A stretch of DNA of 64,000 nt, from the sequence record MW845758.1, one strand, 5' to 3'. Positions 10,073-18,857 of the stretch are shown here, in pieces. Position 1 is the first letter of the stretch. Every line of letters starts with the position of its first letter. The notes beneath the pieces were generated by a model. That model had not been told where the DNA came from. It worked only from the letters and a program-made list of their open reading frames with translations, and did no database searches. The position numbers were made by a program, and so were the translations under genes.

Positions 10073-10369
10073 ATGCAGTATCAACGAGTCATTATTCAGC
10101 GCCTTGAACAGGGCCTGCGAGCCATTGATCCAATCGCAGCAGATGCTCTGGTCGCGCAATTTGCACCACCTGCGGATAGTCTGGGAAGTTTTTGCCCACA
10201 AGTTGTGAGCTTCTACCAGCAGCTATTACGAAATCGGAATATCCCAGATGTTTGGGGTTATCCGTCTGTTCCTGAAAACGGCGAAGCTATCGCGTATTGG
10301 ATTGAGGACTTAGAGAACACCACTCTGCCTCACCTGCGTCTGGCTGCCAAACTGCAAACCGCCTCATGA
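10073..10369 (+). CDS. Hypothetical protein
   Basis: 98-aa ORF with GGAGG RBS; ATGA overlap with the next gene. Confidence 0.75.
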   Translation: MQYQRVIIQRLEQGLRAIDPIAADALVAQFAPPADSLGSFCPQVVSFYQQLLRNRNIPDVWGYPSVPENGEAIAYWIEDLENTTLPHLRLAAKLQTAS

Positions 10370-11037
10370 AACTGAACCCGGTACGCCGTAAAGCGGCAGA
10401 AAAGTTCATTCTGGATTTGCTCTCGTTAATCGACAAATCGGGTATCAACACCAACGCTATGGCGAAGGCGTTCCCGAGAATGTCCGATGAAGACTTTGCT
10501 ACTATCGCAACACGCGGTATTCCGGTGTATAACCCGCCGGGCAGTAAAGTGGACATCGACCACATGCGTAATGTGGAGATTGCCAGAGCGATGGGTCTGG
10601 ACATGAACCAACGGATGTGGTTCACCGATGCCAAGACTGGTTTGAAACACCGTACCCGACACCCGCACCTCTACTTCCCGGTACCTGCACGTCGTCAGAC
10701 ACAGATGCAAGAGAAGAAGATGGCGGTAGCGAAGAACGACAAAGTGCGTGATAAGCTGTCAGGTCAGGTGGTCGGTCCGTCTAAAGCATCTGGTGTATCT
10801 TTCCCGGAAGCCTACGTGATGTTTGCGGATGGCTTAGATGAAACCTTGCAAGAGTTCTTGCATGCCCGTGGTGGTAACGACACATTACAGCGTGCGTTCT
10901 ATCAGTCAATTCGACAGACCGGGCAAGGACGTATCCACATCGAGGGTGCTGAGCGTACAAGCGCCAAAAGTACCCGGACGTGGAGCGCGTATTACAAACA
11001 AATGCACATTGGTAATAACCTCGGACGCCCACAATGA
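10366..11037 (+). CDS. Virion RNA polymerase beta subunit, C-terminal fragment (phiKZ gp149-like)
   Basis: RRQTQMQEKK..DKLSGQVVGPSKASGVSFPEAYVMFADGLDETLQEFL parallels the conserved RpoB C-terminus (KLxHxVxDK..VTQQP..GQRFGEME..TLQE). Confidence 0.8.
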   Translation: MKLNPVRRKAAEKFILDLLSLIDKSGINTNAMAKAFPRMSDEDFATIATRGIPVYNPPGSKVDIDHMRNVEIARAMGLDMNQRMWFTDAKTGLKHRTRHPHLYFPVPARRQTQMQEKKMAVAKNDKVRDKLSGQVVGPSKASGVSFPEAYVMFADGLDETLQEFLHARGGNDTLQRAFYQSIRQTGQGRIHIEGAERTSAKSTRTWSAYYKQMHIGNNLGRPQ

Positions 11038-11765
11038 AACTAACCCGCCGCATCTTAGTGGAAGTAGACGTATTGTTCGATACTCGACTCGGACACGTCA
11101 AAGCCACTCAGCCTGAAAAGCTAGAGCAGTTAGATGAGCTCGCTTACGTGAAACGCATGACGGAAGCATGGGCGGCGGTGATTGGCATTGATGATTGGAC
11201 GGCCAACTACGCCAAACGCACCAAGGCTGCTTTGCAAAATGCTGAGCCGACTGAAATGTTGTTGGTACTGCGTAATTACATTGAGCGTGAGCTCTTGACA
11301 ATTGCGATGTCATCCCCGATTGAAAAGCCAGAGCTGACCATTAACCTCTGGCCATACACTGACCTGACGGAAGAAGAACGCCAAGCGTTTCTGGAATCCT
11401 TCAGGGCGTATTATCACATGGTGAAACTCAATGTCATCTGTGAGAACTCCCTTCGCCTAACACCGGGGCGTTTGCGTTCTGCTTGGGACGCGTGGTATGT
11501 GTACGACTGGTATCCGTGGATAAAACAAAACGCACATTTATTCCAACAATTGCGTATCCCGGATTTCGTCATTAACCGTCCGAGTTTGTTAACGGAAGAG
11601 TTGACTGACGAGATAGTCGCAACAATAAAAAGAGACCGGGCCAACCCCTTTATAGAGGCGACCCGGTTTATGGCTGAATACGTGACAGTTGACGTATTTG
11701 ACACTGCGCTATTTAGTCGTCGTCCTCATCAGTTGGACGACGCTGAGAAAACGCCGTCTTCATGA
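11034..11765 (+). CDS. HAD-like fold protein (degenerate motif I)
   Basis: N-terminal RILVEVDVLFDTRLG resembles HAD motif I (hhhDhDGxL); ATGA-type overlap with the RNAP fragment gene. Confidence 0.45.
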   Translation: MKLTRRILVEVDVLFDTRLGHVKATQPEKLEQLDELAYVKRMTEAWAAVIGIDDWTANYAKRTKAALQNAEPTEMLLVLRNYIERELLTIAMSSPIEKPELTINLWPYTDLTEEERQAFLESFRAYYHMVKLNVICENSLRLTPGRLRSAWDAWYVYDWYPWIKQNAHLFQQLRIPDFVINRPSLLTEELTDEIVATIKRDRANPFIEATRFMAEYVTVDVFDTALFSRRPHQLDDAEKTPSS

Positions 11766-12192
11766 TTTGCTCGACGTCCACTTGTGAGCCGACCGGCGCT
11801 AACTCTCCTTCCTTGTGAATCACCGATGGTAAAATCGGTATCATAGGTCGGTGACCGGTATCGGCTCCGGGGGCGTCGTGCCGTTGTATTTTTGCCCCGG
11901 CTTTGCCTGTGACCCATTGGTTCAGGGTATTGGCAACGTCACTGCTGATCTCGTTGGCTTTCTCAGCGGTCGCAATGCGTTTCTTAGTCAGGACCTGTTT
12001 GTCCATACCGTCAGCAAGTTTAGCTAACGAGTTAATGGCCTTGTGGTCTGAGCCTAGGTCTTTGGTGAGGGAAACTTGATTGAGGGCGAGCATACGCACT
12101 TGTTGCGTAAAGCGGAGTACGTCGTCCTCGTTATTAATGTCACCGTTAAAGCCGACATTAATTTCGGCTGGATTCTCTACATCGCTACTCAT
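11713..12192 (-). CDS. Hypothetical protein
   Basis: ATG at 12192 with GAGG RBS; 3' end overlaps the convergent gene. Confidence 0.7.
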   Translation of the reverse strand: MSSDVENPAEINVGFNGDINNEDDVLRFTQQVRMLALNQVSLTKDLGSDHKAINSLAKLADGMDKQVLTKKRIATAEKANEISSDVANTLNQWVTGKAGAKIQRHDAPGADTGHRPMIPILPSVIHKEGELAPVGSQVDVEQIMKTAFSQRRPTDEDDD

Positions 12193-12217
12193 CGCGTACC
12201 TCTTCAATCAGGATTCA

Positions 12218-12236
12218 GATAGATGTTATCTCTGTG
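12218..12236 (+). promoter_or_regulatory. Putative early promoter variant GATAGATGTTAT-N4-GTG
   Basis: One mismatch to the 5-copy motif; intergenic. Confidence 0.6.
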
Positions 12237-12279
12237 AACAACATCACACTGAGGTTATCATGCTTTAGGAAAATCGACC

Positions 12280-12804
12280 ATGTTCAACTGGCTTACGCGT
12301 ATCATCAAGAACAAGGCGTACAAGCGCCGTAGAAGCTTTTTAGAGGCGGAGTACCATAAGAATACCCCTAACAGGCTTAAGCGCGTTCTAGTGGGCTTAG
12401 AGCTGCTTACAGAACCACTCGAGTATAATGGTGACACCTTCCTGCCAATCTCATTGGAAGGGGTGGTTGCTGTGCGTACTCAGACCATGGATACACTCAA
12501 CAATCGGTTAGAGTTTCTGTTCATGGAGTACAATCGCGTATTGGCTTCACCCAGTCCGAATCCGGAGTGGTCTGTCTTACCGGGCAACCTGTCAAAGAAA
12601 CTTGATACGGATGACCGCAAATGGCTTGATGAGTATTTCGCTACTTCTCGAGATGAGTTGGCGCGAGATAAACTTCGTCGTGCTTTGGTGCTGCTGCTGT
12701 CGTTCGATGAGAACGATAACCAGAGTCCCGAACGGGATGTGTTCTTGAATCAGACAGGACAAATCCTACGTGAGTTAGAGACTATTGTGGAACACTACCT
12801 CTAG
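12280..12804 (+). CDS. Hypothetical protein
   Basis: 174-aa ORF with AGGA RBS. Confidence 0.8.
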   Translation: MFNWLTRIIKNKAYKRRRSFLEAEYHKNTPNRLKRVLVGLELLTEPLEYNGDTFLPISLEGVVAVRTQTMDTLNNRLEFLFMEYNRVLASPSPNPEWSVLPGNLSKKLDTDDRKWLDEYFATSRDELARDKLRRALVLLLSFDENDNQSPERDVFLNQTGQILRELETIVEHYL

Positions 12805-12838
12805 CTTGAACCATCCGCTCCTTGGAACAAGGTGTAAA

Positions 12839-13666
12839 ATGGGTAAAATTACTGATCTAATCTTAAATGGTCCGCCGGAGGACAGTCCCGTTGGGGTTGA
12901 ACTTCGAGACGCACACTGGTCGCTTATCAAGCTAATGCCGATATCATATTCGGATTGGAAAGAGCTGGCAACCCAGTATGCGAACAACCCGATGTACGTG
13001 GGTAAGTCCACGGCTGAACCCAAAGAACGTTTAGGTCGACTGGCGAATGCTTTGTCGGGCGGTAACGTGAAAGGGTTGAGTGTAGACTTTACATGGAAAC
13101 GTTTTATCGAAGGGTTGGTCTTGGTGAATGTTGAAACCTTGACCATGTCGATTAAGACGTATCGGGGACGCTTTGAAGACACGAAGGTGGTGAAAGGCTA
13201 TTGCCATCCGCAACGTGACTTGCTGCGTACACTGAATGGGGAAGACGATGAGGATCTGCGGGGCAGTGCATCTGATGCATTGAACCTCTATTTCCAGAAC
13301 GCGCAACAAACCGCGGAACAGGTCATGGAGCATATCCTCTTGAAAGTGTTGTGGTCGTTGTTTGCGGCTTACGGCATTACCGAGTCCCAGTGGCGTCAAC
13401 TGGTGACCAAGTATGTCAACAACTCTGACAACTGTCCTCAAATCACCAGTCGGCGTAGTGACCGTCGTCACAACCTGCAACAATCTATTCGCCACACCAA
13501 GAAGCTTAGCTGGAAACGTTTCTTAGAAGCGCTCAAGGCTATCGACGTTCGCAAGTTCGAATGCACGTTCTTAGTTCACGTTCCGGGTCAGTACGACGTT
13601 GAACATTCCTTCGAGGTGGATGTGACTGCACTTTCTTTCCGGAGTAATAAGAATGAACCCGAGTGA
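12839..13666 (+). CDS. Hypothetical protein with tandemly duplicated domain
   Basis: Two similar halves (ISYSDWKELATQY..FTWKRFIEGL and ITESQWRQLVTKY..LSWKRFLEAL). Confidence 0.8.
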   Translation: MGKITDLILNGPPEDSPVGVELRDAHWSLIKLMPISYSDWKELATQYANNPMYVGKSTAEPKERLGRLANALSGGNVKGLSVDFTWKRFIEGLVLVNVETLTMSIKTYRGRFEDTKVVKGYCHPQRDLLRTLNGEDDEDLRGSASDALNLYFQNAQQTAEQVMEHILLKVLWSLFAAYGITESQWRQLVTKYVNNSDNCPQITSRRSDRRHNLQQSIRHTKKLSWKRFLEALKAIDVRKFECTFLVHVPGQYDVEHSFEVDVTALSFRSNKNEPE

Positions 13667-14978
13667 CTTTAACCTAACGAACCGCATCACGAAGGCGACG
13701 TCGGGGGTAACTGACCGAGTCAGCCAAGCCCAAAGCGCAGTTAACAATGTGCAGAACCAAGCACAGAACGCTGTCTCTCGTGTAACCAGTACGGTGGACA
13801 ACGTTGAGAAGGGGATTACCAATGCCGCAGACACCGCGAAAAACGCCTACAGTAAAGCAGGCGAAGCTTACGACAAAATTACTGACGGGGCATCGACACT
13901 GGGCTCAAAAATCGGCAATCTCTTTGGCGGTAGCGACATCGCTAGCACTGGGGGGACGAAGACTGCTGGATCAGGTGCAAGTGGTGCCTCCCCGGGAAAC
14001 AAAATAGGGGGATTCTCCACTGACCCGAAATCGGTGTTGCCAAGTTTAGACCCACTGAAGCGTGAAGTCGAAACGCCGTTTAAAGCGGCTAACGAAGTGG
14101 CCACTGGGGCACTGGATTACTTAAAGCCGAGTAAAATCAGTAGCTTACTCGGTTCTGGATTCAGTACCCTGACGTCGCTGCGCGATAAAGGTCTGGCAGC
14201 CGTCGGTACGGATTTTGCTTCGGTGAAGTCTCGTGTGGAATCGACCATGAAGGTCGCAGGCCAGCTTGCTAAACTGCCGGGTCAAGTCCAGTCGGAAATC
14301 AACGGCTACGTCAGCGATTTCAACTCTGCGAAATATCAGGTGACGTCCATTGTTGATGGAGCGAAGACCACCTTTAACTCATTCAAAGATTTGGATGATT
14401 ATTTGGCGATCGATAACTTCATCTCGAGCTTTAAGACATCCAGTTCGGATTCTTACTCAACGCTGGACATCGGTACAACCTCTGCGGTGATTTACGGACT
14501 GTCCAGTTCTTTGGCCAGTTACAACATGCCGGAGAAAGTTGTCCCGTTGGTGGATGCCGTAGCCGACCCGGTTGCTCAAGCGCAGTTGTATCGTGAGCTG
14601 GCAGTGCAGTCCTCCGCACTCGGTAGTCTGACGTCTGTTGAGTTCTACGTTGGTAAACTCTCTGACTCTGACAAAGTGCTGATTTCTGCTGAAGTGATTG
14701 TGAACCTGTTGATGAACTTGCAGATGGAAACCAACCCACCGTACAAAACCTACGGTACACGTTTGCTGGCGTTGTTTAATACGCTCGACGCACGTTGGGA
14801 CAAATCGGCCGTTGTGGGTCAAACGGATGAGGTGGAACTCTACCCTTATACGTTCTGTAACACTAACGCAATTCAAGCGTTGTTGACCACAGAGAAACGT
14901 CCGTTTGTGTGTGCTGCCGGTTACCTGAGTTACGACCGGGCAGACACCATGGTTAACAAGTTCTTCGACGCGGCTTAA
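13653..14978 (+). CDS. Probable virion protein with low-complexity amphipathic N-terminal region
   Basis: 441 aa; S/T/A/N/Q-rich helical stretch and a G/S/A linker. Confidence 0.65.
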   Translation: MNPSDFNLTNRITKATSGVTDRVSQAQSAVNNVQNQAQNAVSRVTSTVDNVEKGITNAADTAKNAYSKAGEAYDKITDGASTLGSKIGNLFGGSDIASTGGTKTAGSGASGASPGNKIGGFSTDPKSVLPSLDPLKREVETPFKAANEVATGALDYLKPSKISSLLGSGFSTLTSLRDKGLAAVGTDFASVKSRVESTMKVAGQLAKLPGQVQSEINGYVSDFNSAKYQVTSIVDGAKTTFNSFKDLDDYLAIDNFISSFKTSSSDSYSTLDIGTTSAVIYGLSSSLASYNMPEKVVPLVDAVADPVAQAQLYRELAVQSSALGSLTSVEFYVGKLSDSDKVLISAEVIVNLLMNLQMETNPPYKTYGTRLLALFNTLDARWDKSAVVGQTDEVELYPYTFCNTNAIQALLTTEKRPFVCAAGYLSYDRADTMVNKFFDAA

Positions 14979-14988
14979 GGGTGCGCAC

Positions 14989-16029
14989 ATGACAATTCCT
15001 GCAGACTTCGACGACCCACGGGCTCGAGAGATACTCCGCGACCTGATTTTACAGGTGGGGGGTATCCAGAACCAGTCGGCCGATATCAGTGTTCCGCGGG
15101 CTATTAAGCGGTTGTATCATGACCGACTCTGTGGAATCAATAAAGCGGCATTGAACCCTAACCTTCCGTTAAGTGAACGTATTGGCCCGTACATCTACGA
15201 GCAACACGACACCACTTACGCGGCAGCGATGGCCAGTCGCTACGGCTTTAACTTAGGGCCGGAAGCCCGTCAGCGGTATGACGTAATGAAATACCCTGGC
15301 GATATTCGCTTGGAGCTCATCGGCGAACAGCGCGACGAATTCGTCCGCTATCTGCGTAACATTGGCGGTACTCCGACCAACACCGATATCATCGTTGCGA
15401 TGGACGGTGTGAATCACCTGAACATCTATTCGCGCAGTCGTGTGATGCTGGGCCGTTTAGTCAGTAACTTCTGGCAAGACACCAGTCCGTATCGTACGCT
15501 GCACGGCGAGATTGCAACACTGGAAGGCTACTACCATTTACTGCGTTTGCTCGACTACGCTTACACTCAGCACGAGTTTGAGTTCAGTATCGAGTCTGAC
15601 CTGTATCTGTTGGATAAGCTGATTCACCGTTATCCGGAAATCCACCGTCTGTTCCACATGGACGGTACAGAGGCAATTGGCTACGGTCGGAAAATGAAAG
15701 CCATGGTGTACGGCGGTACCGCGTACAAACCCAAGGCGTTCTCTCCGCACTTAGAACGTTGTTTCGTTTGGGCAATGGCCGGTAAGTTCCATCAGGTGAA
15801 AATCGGTGACGATACACCGTGTGGTATCTACATCGCGGAACTGGTTAACGCGAACGTTCCTCTGCTGCACTATTATGTGAAACACGACGGTCCTTACACA
15901 CCGGCGTACGCAGAATGGTTGCCAAACATCTGCCAGTGGTTAGGGGAGAACATCGACCCGTTCGATAACGACTTTAACGTGGCGGCTTTACAGCAGAAGG
16001 TATTGAGCGAATATGAGCCGATTGGGTAA
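14989..16029 (+). CDS. NADAR-superfamily (T4 gp30.3-like) protein
   Basis: LNIYSRS..LGRLVSNF..HGEIATLEGYY and RLFHMDGTEAIGYGRK match the SNF..EG and RIFGLSG.AAQ.AGR pattern of T4 gp30.3. Confidence 0.55.
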   Translation: MTIPADFDDPRAREILRDLILQVGGIQNQSADISVPRAIKRLYHDRLCGINKAALNPNLPLSERIGPYIYEQHDTTYAAAMASRYGFNLGPEARQRYDVMKYPGDIRLELIGEQRDEFVRYLRNIGGTPTNTDIIVAMDGVNHLNIYSRSRVMLGRLVSNFWQDTSPYRTLHGEIATLEGYYHLLRLLDYAYTQHEFEFSIESDLYLLDKLIHRYPEIHRLFHMDGTEAIGYGRKMKAMVYGGTAYKPKAFSPHLERCFVWAMAGKFHQVKIGDDTPCGIYIAELVNANVPLLHYYVKHDGPYTPAYAEWLPNICQWLGENIDPFDNDFNVAALQQKVLSEYEPIG

Positions 16030-16675
16030 TATCCTTGCCGAGATGGATAAAACACGCGAAGACGGGATTGTAAAAGTCGCGCGTGAGTCCATCTCTGTGG
16101 AAAAGGAAAAAGAGTATTGCATGTGGGTACGTCCAACTGAAGCGGGCTGGGCGTGGTTGCGTGATCATGCGGGTGAGTTCCATCTGGACGTGATGATGCC
16201 AATGCAAGGCGGTCGTCGTCGTGTGCGTATCCATGCGGATAAAGCAGAGCTGACGGTGAAAACCTTTGACGGGGCAGAGCGCGAAGAGGAGAACTCAGAA
16301 ATCGGGATGAAGTCCGCCATGTCGTTTTACGCAGATGGGTTCTTGACCCACCTTGTAAAGCGTGTCACTGTGGAACCCGAAGAGGAAGTGAAGGCAAAGG
16401 GCGGTAAGCATTGGGACATCGATGTATTCTTTGTCGCACAAGACCACCCAGAGCTCCCCGACGCAGATGCGTTGAAAGCCCTGTTTGACGTCGCGAAGCA
16501 AGGTACCGCTTACGGCGATTGGGTGAAAGTGGAACTGGAAGTGGAGCGGTTTGATTTAGAAAGCATTGTTGACCTGATACCGTTCGCGGTAGAAGAGGCG
16601 ATGCCATCTAAACCGTCTTCACCGGATGCGCAGGAATTCCTACGGCATTATTGGGATTCTGTAACACGACTTTAG
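16013..16675 (+). CDS. CYTH-domain (triphosphate tunnel metalloenzyme) protein
   Basis: EKEKEY, RRVRI, ELTVK, EEENSEI, WDIDVF and KVELEV follow the CYTH strand pattern. Confidence 0.65.
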   Translation: MSRLGNILAEMDKTREDGIVKVARESISVEKEKEYCMWVRPTEAGWAWLRDHAGEFHLDVMMPMQGGRRRVRIHADKAELTVKTFDGAEREEENSEIGMKSAMSFYADGFLTHLVKRVTVEPEEEVKAKGGKHWDIDVFFVAQDHPELPDADALKALFDVAKQGTAYGDWVKVELEVERFDLESIVDLIPFAVEEAMPSKPSSPDAQEFLRHYWDSVTRL

Positions 16676-16680
16676 CAGTC

Positions 16681-16716
16681 CCCCACTGACTTCATGTCAG
16701 TGGGGTTGCTTTATTT
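16681..16716 (+). terminator. Intrinsic terminator
   Basis: CCCCACTGAC-TTCAT-GTCAGTGGGG followed by TTGCTTTATTT. Confidence 0.75.
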
Positions 16717-16744
16717 AAACGCACACTTTGGAGGACTACTGAGA

Positions 16745-17398
16745 ATGGCTAGGGATCTGCGGACGTACAGTAGCTATCGCCAGATGCTGAATCGTTGTCT
16801 AAATACAAAAAATCATAACTACCATTTATACGGTGGAAGAGGCATTAAAATCTCTCCGCGATGGTTAGAATCGTACACTAACTTTTTAGAGGATATGGGC
16901 ATACGCCCTGAGGGGACCACGCTAGACAGAAAAGATAACGACGGCGATTATTGTTTAGACAATTGTAGGTGGTCGACGCACCTAGAGCAGTGTTACAATC
17001 GTAGCACATCGCATTGGTTGATTCTTCACTATGACAACGTCAATCAATACATCGATAGTGAATTGATTAATTACACCAATTTACCCGATCTGAGAATTCT
17101 GATAGAGGGTTTGATGGATCGCTATCCTCTCTCTAAGATTGAGGGCGGTGTTAAGTTCATCAGTAATATGCACGGTGTTGCAACCTTCGCTCTGCTTAAG
17201 GAATTCTCAGACAAAGATTTGTCAATAGGTGACAAAGTTAACATGCTAACTCTGCACAGACCACTTAAGGTCGGTAGAGGGAATTTAATCTTGTACGAAT
17301 GGCTTTGCGACTGTGGTAATCTAGTTACTGGGTATTGCAACCATGTGGTGGGTGATGATAGAAAATCTTGCGGTTGTCACCGACGCACCACCGAGTGA
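16745..17398 (+). mobile_element. Free-standing HNH homing endonuclease gene
   Basis: YRQMLNRC..YGGRGIKI..FLEDMGIRPEGTTLDRKDNDGDY..NCRWST..EQ is the common phage HNH family. Visibly AT-richer than flanks and bounded by terminators. Confidence 0.85.
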
Positions 17399-17418
17399 AA
17401 CCCGCCTCTGATAATACT

Positions 17419-17451
17419 TCCCTCACTTTCGGGTGAGGGATATTTTCTTTT
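17419..17451 (+). terminator. Intrinsic terminator
   Basis: TCCCTCAC-TTTCGG-GTGAGGGA followed by a T-run. Confidence 0.8.
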
Positions 17452-17470
17452 ATTCACACCGAGGAATACC

Positions 17471-17782
17471 ATGAAAGTAGAAGTGCACGCCACCACAAAA
17501 GGTATTGAAGTGTTGTGCGCGGCTACCCGCGCGAATACCTTTGTTAAGATTGACGACAACTGGGACGATTGGTACAGAACGATAAAGACCGAACTGGCTA
17601 TCGCGAAGAATAACCAAGCCCTTTTCATGCTGCCTGACCGCAGCGCTTTCCGTGTAATGGCTTTGGTGGCACAGGATAGCTGTCCACACGTCAGTACCGG
17701 ATTACTGTCCAATGCGCTCGGGATGTTCTTAGTCGAGCACGGGGATGAGAAGACCCAGTTGTCGATTGATTTCGACTGCTGA
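17471..17782 (+). CDS. Hypothetical protein
   Basis: 103-aa ORF with GAGG RBS. Confidence 0.8.
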   Translation: MKVEVHATTKGIEVLCAATRANTFVKIDDNWDDWYRTIKTELAIAKNNQALFMLPDRSAFRVMALVAQDSCPHVSTGLLSNALGMFLVEHGDEKTQLSIDFDC

Positions 17783-17787
17783 GAACG

Positions 17788-17820
17788 AGGCCACCTTCGG
17801 GTGGCCTTTTCTTTTTCTTT
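17788..17820 (+). terminator. Intrinsic terminator
   Basis: AGGCCACC-TTCG-GGTGGCCT followed by a T-run. Confidence 0.85.
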
Positions 17821-17875
17821 TTACGGCAGAGCGAGGTGTTATGTCGAAAACCCAAATTCTAATACGGACTTTATA

Positions 17876-18289
17876 ATGAACAAGATTGAATACATCGAAG
17901 GTCAAGGACTTTTCATCAACGATCAACTGATCCCAAATTCCGATGACTACCAAAAATGGCGTGATGTGCACCGCACGTACCACGACGGTTTTAATTTGGT
18001 TATCACTAACGAACTGGTGCTGGGTGCCAACCTCGATAAACTTCATCGCGGTCATTGTTTCCGTATCAGTTCCGAGTGCGCCGGTGGGATTCTCAAAGCT
18101 GCTGATTTCACCAGTGGCATGTATGCGTTTCGCCAGTTAGGTATCCTTCGCGAGTTGTCAGGCAAACACGTAGGTCAGGGTCATCCGCCAACGGTGCTCA
18201 AACCTGATAGCATCGTCATGGTGAGCTACTTCAGTGAAGATGGCGACCCATTGGCCTTTAACATCTTCTGGGGGTTCTTCAATGACTAG
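17876..18289 (+). CDS. Hypothetical protein
   Basis: ATG at 17876 after GGA; the track start at 17801 lies inside the terminator. Confidence 0.7.
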   Translation: MNKIEYIEGQGLFINDQLIPNSDDYQKWRDVHRTYHDGFNLVITNELVLGANLDKLHRGHCFRISSECAGGILKAADFTSGMYAFRQLGILRELSGKHVGQGHPPTVLKPDSIVMVSYFSEDGDPLAFNIFWGFFND

Positions 18290-18857
18290 TCTTAACCCAT
18301 TAGCGGTTGTCGAACAGGTCGAGCGTTGGAACGTTGCTGCGCTCGTGTATCAGAACGGCAATATCCGTCAACAAATCACCAAATACTACCGCATGTTAGG
18401 TACGGTTGCAGAAGGTGTGCAGAAGATGGACAGCTTGTTGGTCTCAGCGGGCGTAGGACAGGCTGTAACGACGTTAATCGGCGTACTCGGGTTCTACTCC
18501 CGTATTCGCAACGTCTCCGCAGAACACGTCTCAGAGCTTATACTGAAGAGTGCTCTGAATAACATCCCGCCGGGTTTGAAGTACGGCAACGACTACAACA
18601 CCATGTTGTTCGAACATCACAAGGTAATGACTGAGATGTTTGACGTGCTCTTGGAGAACCAAGAAGCTAAGCGTCAGAACGACATCGTGTTCTACACTAA
18701 ACTCGCGGAAGCGTTAGCACTGCTGCTCAGTATCGCCACATCCAAAGATATCGTGGTGACCCGCAGTATTCTCAACGCCGTCAATAAACTTGAAGTAACC
18801 CAAGGCGTCATGAACGAACTGGGGTTATTCGTCAAAACTGTCACGGGAAATAAATAA
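18282..18857 (+). CDS. Hypothetical helical protein
   Basis: ATG at 18282; TAATG overlap with thyA. Confidence 0.75.
   Translation: MTSLNPLAVVEQVERWNVAALVYQNGNIRQQITKYYRMLGTVAEGVQKMDSLLVSAGVGQAVTTLIGVLGFYSRIRNVSAEHVSELILKSALNNIPPGLKYGNDYNTMLFEHHKVMTEMFDVLLENQEAKRQNDIVFYTKLAEALALLLSIATSKDIVVTRSILNAVNKLEVTQGVMNELGLFVKTVTGNK

Noticed and set aside
16681-17451. HNH gene as part of a group I intron
   Set aside because: The upstream CYTH gene ends with a stop and terminator, the downstream gene has its own RBS, and no interrupted host gene or P7-type core was seen.
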